Below, piece after piece: positions 41,737 to 51,115 of a stretch of 64,000 bases of DNA; positions within the stretch are counted from its first letter, which is position 1; every line of letters begins with the position of its first letter. Origin of the DNA: an uncultured bacterium (lineage in GTDB: Bacteria > Actinomycetota > Acidimicrobiia > Spongiisociales > UBA5794); assembly GCA_963801165.1 (NCBI GenBank), contig CAWDDT010000004.1, positions 352,001-416,000 of the forward strand, written 5' to 3'. The notes under the pieces were generated by a model. That model searched no databases. It was not told the DNA's origin and saw nothing but the letters and a program-made list of their open reading frames with translations. The position numbers were made by a program, and so were the translations under genes.

Positions 41737-43959
41737 ATGAGACGTCTCGGCGATCTCGTTGTTCGATTCAGAGTCCTGGTCCTGGTCGGTGCGCTTGCCG
41801 GTTTGGTCCTCGCCGGCATCTTCGGCGGGGGAGTGGCCGACTCGCTGTCCAATGGAGGGTTCGCGGACCCCAACGCCGAATCGGTGCAGGCGGCCGATGT
41901 GCTGGAGACGCAGTTTGGTGTCTCCGATCCCGCCGTTGTCCTTGTCGTAACCGCACCGGGTGGGTCGGTGGACGATCCTGTGGTGGCGCAAGCCGGTCTC
42001 GATCTGACCGCGCAGCTGGCGGCGGAGGACGGTGTCACCTCGGCGTCGTCCTACTGGGCGCTCGGCGGTCCTGCCTCGTTGCGATCGATTGCCGGTAACC
42101 GGGCGCTGGTGTTTGCCACCGTCGCCGGTGACCAGGGCGAGGTGCTCACCCGCTCCGGTGACCTCGCAGATGAGTACCGCGGTGCTCACGACGGTCTCGA
42201 CATCGCCGTCGCCGGTCAGGGCCCGATGTTTGCGGAGGTCCAGGACACCATCGAGAAGGACCTGGCCCGGGCCGAGACCCTTGCGTTCCCCGTAACGGCA
42301 ATCCTCCTCGTGCTCATCTTCGGCAGCATCGTGGCCGCCTCGCTGCCGCTGTTCATCGGCGGTCTCTCCATCGTCGGCACCTTCCTGGCTCTGCAGATCC
42401 TGACCGGATTCACCGAGGTGTCGATCTTCGCCCTGAATCTGACCACTGCCCTGGGGCTCGGGCTTGCCATCGACTACTCGTTGTTCGTCGTCTCCCGGTA
42501 CCGGGAAGAGCTGGCGGCAGGGTTCGAACCCACGCAAGCCGTCGTACGCACCGTGCAGACCGCGGGCCGAACCGTGCTCTTCTCGGCGGGTACCGTTGCC
42601 GCCTCACTGGCTTCCATGCTGGTCTTCAACCTCGCATTCCTCCGATCGTTCGGCTACGCCGGGATCGCGGTCGTGGCCCTGGCGGCGTCCGGTGCCGTCG
42701 TGGTGCTGCCGGCCATCCTCGCTCTGCTCGGACATCGAGTCGACAGGCTGCGGATCCGCAATGTGAAGCCGGTGGGTGACGGCGAGGGTATGTGGCATCG
42801 GATCGCCACCACTGTCATGCGCCGCCCGTGGCCGGTTGCTACCGGCGCCATCCTGCTGCTGGTTGTTCTCGGGCTGCCGTTCCTCGGTGTCAAGCTCGGC
42901 GAGGGCGACGATCGGGTGCTGCCGGCAACTGCCTATGCCCGGGAAGCAGGCGACATCCTCCGTGCCGACTTCGACTCATTCGAAGCCGCTCCGATCAATG
43001 TCGTCGCCGCGGATTCGGCTACCGACGCCACCACAGTCGCACAGTTTGCGGCGACGCTGTCGACCCTCGACGGCGTCGGGCATGTCGAGGCCGCAACCGG
43101 AACCTACGCCGGCGGCACGTTGGTCTCGCCTCCTACGCCTGCCAATGCCCGATTCACCTCACCAGCCGGTGGGGCCTACTACTCCGTCGTCCCGACGGTG
43201 GAGCCGATCTCACCCGAAGGTGAGGCGTTGGTGAAGGCGATCCGCGGGCTTGATGCACCTTTCGCCGTTCAGGTGACCGGTGGATCCGCGGGTCTGGTCG
43301 ACACCAAGGCATCGCTGTTCGGCTCCCTGCCGTACGCCCTTGGGATCATCGCCATGATCACCTTCGTCGTGCTGTTCTTGATGTTCGGCTCCGTGGTTGT
43401 TCCCCTCAAGGCGGCCGTGCTCAACATGTTGTCGCTGTCGGCGACGTTCGGGGCGATGGTGTGGATCTTCCAGGATGGGCATCTGTCGAACCTGCTCGGT
43501 TTCACCGCTACCGGCACTCTCCAGTTGACGATGCCGATCCTCATGTTTGCGATCGCCTTCGGGCTGTCGATGGACTACGAGGTGTTCCTGCTCAGCCGTA
43601 TCAAGGAGGAGCACGACGCCGGGAGGAGCAACATCGATTCCGTGGCCACGGGTCTGGAGCGCACCGGCCGTATCGTGACCGCGGCGGCGGTGCTGATAGC
43701 AGTCGTCTTCATCGCCTTCGCAACTTCGAACGTGTCGTTCATGAAGATGTTCGGCGTCGGGATGACGCTGGCCGTCCTCGTCGATGCCTTCGTCGTCAGG
43801 GCAACCCTGGTCCCCGCCTTCATGAGGCTCGCCGGCGATGCCAACTGGTGGTCGCCACGCTGGTTGCGCGGCATCTACCGCCGGTTCGGGATCAGGGAGC
43901 AAGTTGACCTGCGCCGGGAAGTTCCCCCTATCATCGACATCGCCCCCCAAGAGGTGTGA
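41737..43959 (+). CDS. MMPL family transporter
   Basis: GLAIDYSLF..SRYREE, GRTVLFS, FGLSMDYEVFLLSRIKEE. Confidence 0.95.
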   Translation: MRRLGDLVVRFRVLVLVGALAGLVLAGIFGGGVADSLSNGGFADPNAESVQAADVLETQFGVSDPAVVLVVTAPGGSVDDPVVAQAGLDLTAQLAAEDGVTSASSYWALGGPASLRSIAGNRALVFATVAGDQGEVLTRSGDLADEYRGAHDGLDIAVAGQGPMFAEVQDTIEKDLARAETLAFPVTAILLVLIFGSIVAASLPLFIGGLSIVGTFLALQILTGFTEVSIFALNLTTALGLGLAIDYSLFVVSRYREELAAGFEPTQAVVRTVQTAGRTVLFSAGTVAASLASMLVFNLAFLRSFGYAGIAVVALAASGAVVVLPAILALLGHRVDRLRIRNVKPVGDGEGMWHRIATTVMRRPWPVATGAILLLVVLGLPFLGVKLGEGDDRVLPATAYAREAGDILRADFDSFEAAPINVVAADSATDATTVAQFAATLSTLDGVGHVEAATGTYAGGTLVSPPTPANARFTSPAGGAYYSVVPTVEPISPEGEALVKAIRGLDAPFAVQVTGGSAGLVDTKASLFGSLPYALGIIAMITFVVLFLMFGSVVVPLKAAVLNMLSLSATFGAMVWIFQDGHLSNLLGFTATGTLQLTMPILMFAIAFGLSMDYEVFLLSRIKEEHDAGRSNIDSVATGLERTGRIVTAAAVLIAVVFIAFATSNVSFMKMFGVGMTLAVLVDAFVVRATLVPAFMRLAGDANWWSPRWLRGIYRRFGIREQVDLRREVPPIIDIAPQEV

Positions 43960-44648
43960 TGACAAACCCCGATCGATCTGCTGCCGGCTCCCGGCGCCAC
44001 AAGGCGCCGGGAGCCGGCATACATCACCGGCACCGGCGGCGTTCCCGCCGGGGAGAGGGTGACAAGCTTCGTCTCGACATCCTCGACGCTGCCGAGCAGC
44101 TTCTCGTCGAGATGGGATCGCCAGACATGGTCTCGATGCGCGCGATTGCCGACCGGGTGGGGGTGTCACCGCCGGCCATTTATATGCATTTCGATGACAA
44201 GGACGAGCTGTTCTTCGAGTGCTGCAACCGGCGCTTCACGGAGATGGCCGGTCGAATGCGAGAGGCTTCCGAACAGCAGACCACGGCCATGGGCCGCCTC
44301 GAGGCGATGGGCCGGGCGTACATCGACTTTGGTCTCTCGAGGGGCGAGCAGTACGAGGTTATGTTGCTCGGCAAGCATCCCGCCAGCCTCGGACCGGAGG
44401 AGGTACTCGAGCTGCCGGGGGCTCAGGCGCTCTCAATGGCTGCTGCGGCCGTGGCCGAAGGGGTTGCCGCAGGCGAGCTTCGCGCCGACCTCGACGCGAT
44501 GGCGACGGCCGTCGCACTGTGGGCAACCACTCACGGGGTGGTGCTTGTGCTTCTCGATAATCGCCGACACCCATTCCCGAACGCTCTCGAGGATGGGGTG
44601 GTCGTCGACCACCTCATCGCGATGCTGCGCCACGGGCTGCTCGCCTAG
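43959..44648 (+). CDS. TetR/AcrR family regulator (WHG-type C-terminus)
   Basis: SMRAIADRVGVSPPAIY.HF..KDEL; WATTHG. Confidence 0.92.
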   Translation: MTNPDRSAAGSRRHKAPGAGIHHRHRRRSRRGEGDKLRLDILDAAEQLLVEMGSPDMVSMRAIADRVGVSPPAIYMHFDDKDELFFECCNRRFTEMAGRMREASEQQTTAMGRLEAMGRAYIDFGLSRGEQYEVMLLGKHPASLGPEEVLELPGAQALSMAAAAVAEGVAAGELRADLDAMATAVALWATTHGVVLVLLDNRRHPFPNALEDGVVVDHLIAMLRHGLLA

Positions 44649-44656
44649 TTGCTGAC

Positions 44657-45505
44657 TTAGTTGCTAACCGTATTCCCGTAGAACTTGACCTCGGCAACGG
44701 CGATCTCGTCGAAGGCGACCTCGCCGTTCACTGCCTGCGAGGCGTAGGTGCTGAGGATCTCGATTGTGAGCGATGTAGTTCCGATGCTCGGTAGGTCGAT
44801 TGTCTGCGGACCGCCCGGCTCATCCTTCAGGGTGTTGCGGATGTCGATGCCGGGCAGATCATCCATGTTGATCTTGTACCCGTTGATCCGGTAATTTCGC
44901 TCGAACCGGGTCTCGTCAGAGATGTTGAAAATCTCGAGATGGTCTAGGCGCACCGGCTGGGCGAAGCGGAACGTCAGGGTGAGGTCGGCACCATGCGGCG
45001 CCTGCCACTCGGTGGAGAAGTCGTTGTCGTAGAGGTTGGCTGCGGAGAACGATGCGCTGATCTGGGCGGTGGCCGTTGCCTCGGTCGGGGTGATTTCGAC
45101 CAGGTCGGCCAGAGTGGTCGATGTTGTCGATGTTGTCGTTGTGGTCGTCTCATCGCCTCCGCCACCACGGAACACATTGACCACGAGGGCGATCAGCGCG
45201 ACGAGGAGCACTGCGGCGGCGAGCACGCTGAGCGCTCTGCCGCCGGGGGTCGCTCGCACCATCGGCGCCGGCGCAACCGGCAGGGGCTCCTTGGTGAGAC
45301 GTGCTCCGCATTGCTCACAATGGCGGTTGTAGGTCGGGTTGAACGCTCCACAAGACGGGCAGGGGATCTGCTCGACCGGCGTGGTGGTCTGATTGCGTTC
45401 TTGGGCGGGTGCCGGCGGTGGTGGCTCACTTCCCGGTGGGGGCGGTCCGTCGTCGAGCTCAAATGGCTTGAACAGATCGTCGAATGAGTCGTTGTCTTTC
45501 GCCAC
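44657..45505 (-). CDS. Membrane protein: zinc ribbon, TM helix, Thr linker, discoidin/carbohydrate-binding-like domain
   Basis: CPSCG...HCEQCG; hydrophobic helix; NLYDND.STEW and AVAEVKFYG. Confidence 0.65.
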   Translation of the reverse strand: MAKDNDSFDDLFKPFELDDGPPPPGSEPPPPAPAQERNQTTTPVEQIPCPSCGAFNPTYNRHCEQCGARLTKEPLPVAPAPMVRATPGGRALSVLAAAVLLVALIALVVNVFRGGGGDETTTTTTSTTSTTLADLVEITPTEATATAQISASFSAANLYDNDFSTEWQAPHGADLTLTFRFAQPVRLDHLEIFNISDETRFERNYRINGYKINMDDLPGIDIRNTLKDEPGGPQTIDLPSIGTTSLTIEILSTYASQAVNGEVAFDEIAVAEVKFYGNTVSN

Positions 45506-45549
45506 GTCACGTCTCCGTCAGTCGGTCCGCCTCGGCTATTGTGCCACGG

Positions 45550-45687
45550 ATGCTCGTGATTAGTGCGATACGTCAGACCGAGGCTTGGTCAGGCACCTCG
45601 ATTGTGCTCGGCCTTCTGCTGCTCGGTGTGCTCGTAGGTCTTCTGGCGAGGCGAATCCGGCGCTTCATGCGCGATACCCGGCGGTGA
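45550..45687 (+). CDS. Possible small membrane protein
   Basis: Single hydrophobic helix followed by an Arg-rich tail; short, start uncertain. Confidence 0.35.
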   Translation: MLVISAIRQTEAWSGTSIVLGLLLLGVLVGLLARRIRRFMRDTRR

Positions 45688-45701
45688 GTGACGTAGCCGG
45701 G

Positions 45702-46520
45702 TCAGACCCCCGCCGGTCGCAGGAATCGACGCAACGCCAATGGGACGCAGACGGCGATCAGGCCGGTGCACCACAGCACCATTGCGGCAACCGGGTGGAC
45801 CAACTGCCACGAGCCCGCCGAGGGAACGCCTTGGGCTACCTGACGGACCGCCGCCACCAGCGCCGATATCGGCTCCCAGTAGGCGATGGAGCGCGGAATC
45901 GCCGCCATCCCGGCGATCGGGACGAACGCGCCGCCGAGGAATGCCAGCGGCATGATGATGGTGAAGCCGAGTCCCTGCATTGCATCGGAGCTACGCACCC
46001 ACATGCCGAGCAGGACCCCGAACCATGTAAACGCAGACAGCCCGAGCAGGACCAGCGCGCTGAGACCGACCAACCCCCAGGCGGAGGCCACAGGTCTCCA
46101 GCCGAGTGCCAGCCCCATGCCCGCCACGATGGCGATACCGATGATCTGTTCGAGCACCTGACCGATGACCTGCGCCGAGATCACCGAGAGCCGCGTGATG
46201 GGGAGGGACTTGAAACGGTCGACGACGCCGCTGCCGAAATCGGTTGACGTTGCGACGCCGGCGCCGATCACGCCAAAGGCGAGGCTCTGCCCCAGAAGAC
46301 CGGGTAGCAGGTAGTCCTGGTATCGCATTCCCGGGATATGGATCGCCGAGCCGAACACGTAGAGGAACAACAAAGTGAAGATGATCGGTTGCAGCGTCAC
46401 GTCGAGGAGACGCTCGGGGACCCGGGGGATGGTACGGAGCCCGCGCCCGACGAGAAGGGCCGTTTCCCTGACATAGCGGGTGAAAGCCGTTCGCTTGTAG
46501 GTGATTGCAGTGGTGGTCAT
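45702..46520 (-). CDS. ABC-2 exporter permease (DrrB-like)
   Basis: QPIIFTLLF.YVFG, DRFKSLP, six TM segments. Confidence 0.9.
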   Translation of the reverse strand: MTTTAITYKRTAFTRYVRETALLVGRGLRTIPRVPERLLDVTLQPIIFTLLFLYVFGSAIHIPGMRYQDYLLPGLLGQSLAFGVIGAGVATSTDFGSGVVDRFKSLPITRLSVISAQVIGQVLEQIIGIAIVAGMGLALGWRPVASAWGLVGLSALVLLGLSAFTWFGVLLGMWVRSSDAMQGLGFTIIMPLAFLGGAFVPIAGMAAIPRSIAYWEPISALVAAVRQVAQGVPSAGSWQLVHPVAAMVLWCTGLIAVCVPLALRRFLRPAGV

Positions 46521-47509
46521 GCGACGTTCCTTTGCCGTTCGTCGACGGTTTCGGTTTGAGGTCGATGCCCGGTCAGGGCGAGGAAGGCGTCGTCGAGTGT
46601 CGGTCGCCGCAATGCAATCTCACTTGTGGGAAGATCGAGGTCGCTAACCGCGTGCGAAACGGCGGCGAGATCGATGGCCTCATTGGGCGCGGGAATCGAT
46701 ATCAGTCGTCTCTCGGGGGACGCACTGATCTCGAAGCGGCCTTCTAGACCATGGATGAGGTCGTCGTATCCGGCAGTGTCGATGGCAACAACGTCGACTC
46801 GTTGTCCGCCTATCTGTGATTTGAGCTCGTGCGACGTCCCTGCGGCAACGGCACGACCGTGATCGATCAGCACGATCTCGTCGGCGAGTTGGTCGGCCTC
46901 CTCGAGATATTGGGTGGTGAGCAGGAGGGTGACACCGTCGGCCACCAGCTCCCTGATGGTTCCCCATACCACCTGCCGGCTCCGCGGGTCCAGCCCTGTG
47001 GTCGGCTCGTCAAGCACGAGCAGTTCGGGCCGGATGACCAGACCTGCGGCGAGGTCGATGCGCCGCCGCTGTCCTCCCGAGACATTCTTGACCAGCTTGT
47101 CGGCGAACTCATCGATGTCGAACCGGTCCACGAGGTCGGCCACCACCCTCTTGGCTGCGGACCGGGCGATGCCACGCAAGCGTGTCATCAGGATGAGGTT
47201 CTCTCGTGCGGTGAGGTTGTCCTCCAGGGCTGCGAACTGGCCCGTCAGGGCGATCCGGGTGCGTACCTCATGGCTGTGGCGCACTACGTCGTACCCGCAC
47301 ACGGTGGCCGTACCTGAAGTGGGTCGCTCCAACGTCGCCAGCATGCGGACGGTTGTCGTCTTGCCGGCACCGTTGGGACCGAGCAGGGCCGAGACGTTTC
47401 CTGCGGCGACAGTCAGGTCGAGGTCCCGGACCGCGACGAGATCGCCGTATCGCTTGGTCAGCCCGGCGGTGTGCACCGCGAGGTCTGAACTGTTCGTTCT
47501 GTAACTCAT
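46517..47509 (-). CDS. ABC exporter ATP-binding protein (DrrA-like)
   Basis: GPNGAGKTT, SGGQRRR, LDEPTTGLDP, TTQYLEEAD. Confidence 0.93.
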   Translation of the reverse strand: MSYRTNSSDLAVHTAGLTKRYGDLVAVRDLDLTVAAGNVSALLGPNGAGKTTTVRMLATLERPTSGTATVCGYDVVRHSHEVRTRIALTGQFAALEDNLTARENLILMTRLRGIARSAAKRVVADLVDRFDIDEFADKLVKNVSGGQRRRIDLAAGLVIRPELLVLDEPTTGLDPRSRQVVWGTIRELVADGVTLLLTTQYLEEADQLADEIVLIDHGRAVAAGTSHELKSQIGGQRVDVVAIDTAGYDDLIHGLEGRFEISASPERRLISIPAPNEAIDLAAVSHAVSDLDLPTSEIALRRPTLDDAFLALTGHRPQTETVDERQRNVA

Positions 47510-47572
47510 GTGCCAAAGGTACAGTCACTGAATAAATACTGCAAGTGAATTTTTTCTGCTACTGTATGAAAC

Positions 47573-48586
47573 ATGAGCGACAGCAGGCAAGAACTCTCCG
47601 ATGCCGGCGGAATCGGCGAGTTGATCCGGAGCGTGTTCGACATCGGAGATTCCCGACCACCGCCACAGGGATTGCGGGAGCGAAAGAAACGTGAGTTGCG
47701 CCAGCGGGTATCCGATACCGCGACCCAGATGTTTCTCAGGGACGGTTTCGATCAGGTACGGGTGAGCGACGTTGCCGAAGCATGTGGAGTCTCGGACAAG
47801 ACCGTGTTCAACTACTTCCCGACGAAAGAGTCGATGCTTCTCGATCGTGAGGAGGAGATGGCGGAGGCCATCGAGCGCGCCATCCGCGACAGTGGCGAGG
47901 GGGTGGCGACGACCGATGCGATCGTCGCCGTGATCGAGTGCCACGTGGAGATGATGTTCTCCGTGTGGGAGGCGTGGGACAGCCCGGCCGAGGCACTCCT
48001 GATATTCCGTGATTTTGCCGACATGATCGATCAGACGCCGTCGCTTCTCGCTGCGATGAACGCGATGATGGAGCGTTTGACCCAGGTCGCGGCCGGGGCG
48101 CTAGCTGAACGGGCCGGTGTCGACCCCGAGGATCCGGAGCCGCAGCTGGCGGCGGCAATCGCTCTCGGGTTGTGGCAGTCACATGCGAGGGCCGTGTACC
48201 GGTATTCCGACGGCTCGCGCGAGATCGCCGAGGTGAAGGCGGCGGTACTGGACGACATCCGCCGCACGGCCCGGGTCGCCAACACCGGCCTCTCGACATT
48301 CGACCTTGCGTTGCGCCTGACGACCAGCGATGACGAACTGGCCGCGGCAATGGAGGCGGGAATCGACGCTCGTCGTCAGATGGTGCGAGCCATCAAGCAA
48401 GCCCGTCAGGCTTGGATTCAGGTCATGGACGAAGTACGGGCCGCCGGCGACGCCGCCGATCCGAAAGGGAATGACCGACGGGCTCGGCGCCAGGCGATGC
48501 GGGCCAAACAGCGCGAGATCCAGACGCGCAAGCGCAAGCTCCAGGCCCAGATGAGACGGGGACAGGGTCGTGGTCACCACCGGTGA
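47573..48586 (+). CDS. TetR family regulator with basic C-terminal extension
   Basis: GLRERKK, V.DVAEACGVS.KTVFNYFPTKE; divergent from drrAB-like genes. Confidence 0.9.
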   Translation: MSDSRQELSDAGGIGELIRSVFDIGDSRPPPQGLRERKKRELRQRVSDTATQMFLRDGFDQVRVSDVAEACGVSDKTVFNYFPTKESMLLDREEEMAEAIERAIRDSGEGVATTDAIVAVIECHVEMMFSVWEAWDSPAEALLIFRDFADMIDQTPSLLAAMNAMMERLTQVAAGALAERAGVDPEDPEPQLAAAIALGLWQSHARAVYRYSDGSREIAEVKAAVLDDIRRTARVANTGLSTFDLALRLTTSDDELAAAMEAGIDARRQMVRAIKQARQAWIQVMDEVRAAGDAADPKGNDRRARRQAMRAKQREIQTRKRKLQAQMRRGQGRGHHR

Positions 48587-48600
48587 GCATCATCGCTATC

Positions 48601-48622
48601 TGTCGGTGTCAGATCGTATGCT
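48601..48622 (+). promoter_or_regulatory. RecA-NDp (PafBC-type) promoter of radA
   Basis: TGTCGG-N10-TATGCT, 6 nt before ATG 48629. Confidence 0.7.
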
Positions 48623-48628
48623 GGCGGC

Positions 48629-49978
48629 ATGACCTCACGGAATAGTAAGAGCCGGCAGCCGGATTACAGGTGCACCAACTGCGGATACACGACCGGTCGG
48701 TGGATGGGTTTCTGTCCCCAATGCCGAACCGAAGGCTCGCTGGCAGAGTCGATCGCCCCGCGCGGGCCGTCAGCGCAGACCAGGACGCTTCGGGATATCC
48801 CGGTCGGGGACAAGCCGCGGACGGCGACGGGCATAGCCGAGATAGACCGTGTGCTCGGTGGTGGGCTTGTCACCGGCTCGGTTGTGCTGGTCGGGGGCGA
48901 GCCCGGTGTGGGCAAGTCGACATTGCTCCTTCAACTCGCCGCACGCGTCGCCGAGTCAAAGCCGGTGCTGCTCGCCTCTGCCGAGGAGTCGGTGGCTCAG
49001 GTGGCCCTCCGGGCGGAACGGCTTGGGCTCGACCCCCCCGGGCTTCGCATCATCGCCGACGGTCGAGTGGAAGCGATCCTCGGGGCATGTGTGGAAGAGG
49101 ATCCGGAGCTTCTGATTGTCGACTCGATCCAGACGGTCACCGTTGACGATGCGGACGGCACAGCCGGTGGTGTGGTCCAGGTTCGGGAGTCGGCAGCCCG
49201 CTTCATCGAGTACGCCAAACGGTCGGGTACGGCGGTGGCGCTCGTGGGTCACGTCACCAAGGACGGGTCTATCGCCGGTCCGAAGATGCTGGAGCACATG
49301 GTCGACGTCGTCATCTATCTGGAGGGGGAGAGCGACGCCGGCCTCCGGTTGCTCCGTTCGCTAAAGAACCGGTACGGGTCGATCAACCAGGTCGGGGTAT
49401 TCACCATGGGCGACACGGGCATGGCGGAGGTCCCCGATCCCTCGGGCGTTCTCATCGCTTCGCACCGATCCGGTGCGTCGGGCACGGTGCTGTTTCCGAT
49501 GGTCGAGGGCCGTCGATCGATGCTATGCGAGGTGCAAGCTCTCGTCGTCCCGACCGTGCTGCCGCAACCGCGCCGCAGCGTGAAAGGGCTCGATGCCGCC
49601 AGGGTGCACCAACTGCTGGCGGTCCTGGAGCGGCATGGTCATTTCGACACGAGCAAGTCCGACGTGCACGTGAACGTAGTAGGCGGGGTGCGTTTGCGCG
49701 ACCCGGCCGTCGATCTCGCCGTCGCGCTTGCTATTGCCTCGTCGATACTCGACCGACCACTCCCGCTGGCCGCCGCCTGGGGCGAGATCGGGCTCACCGG
49801 CGAGATCAGGGCTGCGGCGCACTCCGATCGCCGCTACGAGGAAGCGGTGCGTTTCGAGCCGCAACTGGTGATCCACCCGGGCAACAACGGCACCCGCACC
49901 ATCCAGGAGGCACTGCTCGTGGCGGGGTTGGCGCCGGGGAGAAAAGTGGCTCCAATCCATGCGGATACAACCCAGTAG
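48629..49978 (+). CDS. radA: DNA repair protein RadA/Sms
   Basis: C4 zinc finger, GEPGVGKSTLLLQ, KNRYG, Lon-like C-terminus. Confidence 0.96.
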   Translation: MTSRNSKSRQPDYRCTNCGYTTGRWMGFCPQCRTEGSLAESIAPRGPSAQTRTLRDIPVGDKPRTATGIAEIDRVLGGGLVTGSVVLVGGEPGVGKSTLLLQLAARVAESKPVLLASAEESVAQVALRAERLGLDPPGLRIIADGRVEAILGACVEEDPELLIVDSIQTVTVDDADGTAGGVVQVRESAARFIEYAKRSGTAVALVGHVTKDGSIAGPKMLEHMVDVVIYLEGESDAGLRLLRSLKNRYGSINQVGVFTMGDTGMAEVPDPSGVLIASHRSGASGTVLFPMVEGRRSMLCEVQALVVPTVLPQPRRSVKGLDAARVHQLLAVLERHGHFDTSKSDVHVNVVGGVRLRDPAVDLAVALAIASSILDRPLPLAAAWGEIGLTGEIRAAAHSDRRYEEAVRFEPQLVIHPGNNGTRTIQEALLVAGLAPGRKVAPIHADTTQ

Positions 49979-50003
49979 GTACGTTTTGAGGTAGCCTGCA
50001 CGG

Positions 50004-51047
50004 ATGCCTTCCCGTGTTCCCGACTCCAATGAGATACTCCGTCGGTTTGCTCCTGGGACTCCGCTGCGTGTCGCGGTTGAGCTGATCCACGCCCAGGGGA
50101 CCGGCGCCTTGATCCTGATCGGCTCAGGGAGCGAGCTGGAGGAGCTGTGCAGCGGCGGATTTCATCTTGCCGAGACGGCCTTCACGGCCCAGCGTATCGC
50201 CGAGCTGGCGAAGATGGACGGCGGTATCGTCATCGACGACGAGCGCAATCTGATCACCCGGGCGAACGTCCATTTCATCCCGGACCCGTCGATCGAGACG
50301 AACGAAACGGGTACTCGTTTTCGCACCGCCGAGCGGCTCGCCGTCCAGACCGGCCGGGATGTGCTCTCCGTGAGCGAGGAAGGTTGGCGGACGGCGGTCG
50401 TCTATCGCAACGGCGAGCGCCACGAGCTGGCGCGACCCGCAGATCTGGTGGCCGGGGCCAACAACTCGCTCAACTCCCTGGAGCGGCTTCGCCGGCGTCT
50501 TGAATCCGCCGAAGATCGGCTCACCAGAGCCGAGGTGGACGACGTTGTCGTGGTGCGTGACGTGCTGACGGTCTTGGCCCGGGCGGTGCTCGTGTCTCGC
50601 ATGTACGGTGAGGTGCAACGGACCCTGGTGGCTCTCGGGGGCGAGGGCGGGCTTATCAAGATCCAGGCGACCGATCTGGTCGAGGGAGTGGCGGATCTCG
50701 CTGAGGTCGTGTTCTCCGACTACCGCAAGCGCAGCGGGAAGCGCTCCGTGTTCGAGCGGCTTTCGGTGGTGCCGACCGACGAGCTGCACAACATGACGGC
50801 GCTGGCGACCGAACTCGGCTTCTCGGACGTCGATGAAGGCCTCGAGCCGCGGGGGTTGCGGGCACTGTCTCGAGTACCCCGGCTCCCCGAGCAGGTTCGC
50901 CAGAGCATCGTCGGGCACTTCCGCGGGTTCCAGCGAATGCTCAACGCGGATGCATCGGATTTCGAGAAGGTCGAAGGCGTTGGCAGGGCCCGCGCCCAAC
51001 AGCTACACCGCTATTTCGACCGCCTGTCCGAGCTCGGTGACGGCTGA
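50004..51047 (+). CDS. disA: DNA integrity scanning diadenylate cyclase DisA
   Basis: ELAKMDGG, ETGTRFRTAER, C-terminal HhH VEGVG..RA; downstream of radA. Confidence 0.9.
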   Translation: MPSRVPDSNEILRRFAPGTPLRVAVELIHAQGTGALILIGSGSELEELCSGGFHLAETAFTAQRIAELAKMDGGIVIDDERNLITRANVHFIPDPSIETNETGTRFRTAERLAVQTGRDVLSVSEEGWRTAVVYRNGERHELARPADLVAGANNSLNSLERLRRRLESAEDRLTRAEVDDVVVVRDVLTVLARAVLVSRMYGEVQRTLVALGGEGGLIKIQATDLVEGVADLAEVVFSDYRKRSGKRSVFERLSVVPTDELHNMTALATELGFSDVDEGLEPRGLRALSRVPRLPEQVRQSIVGHFRGFQRMLNADASDFEKVEGVGRARAQQLHRYFDRLSELGDG

Positions 51048-51115
51048 AAGTCGACCGGCTCGCCGTTTCGGTCGCTGCACTCATTACAATGCGCGTCTAG
51101 CAACCTGGAAGAAGT

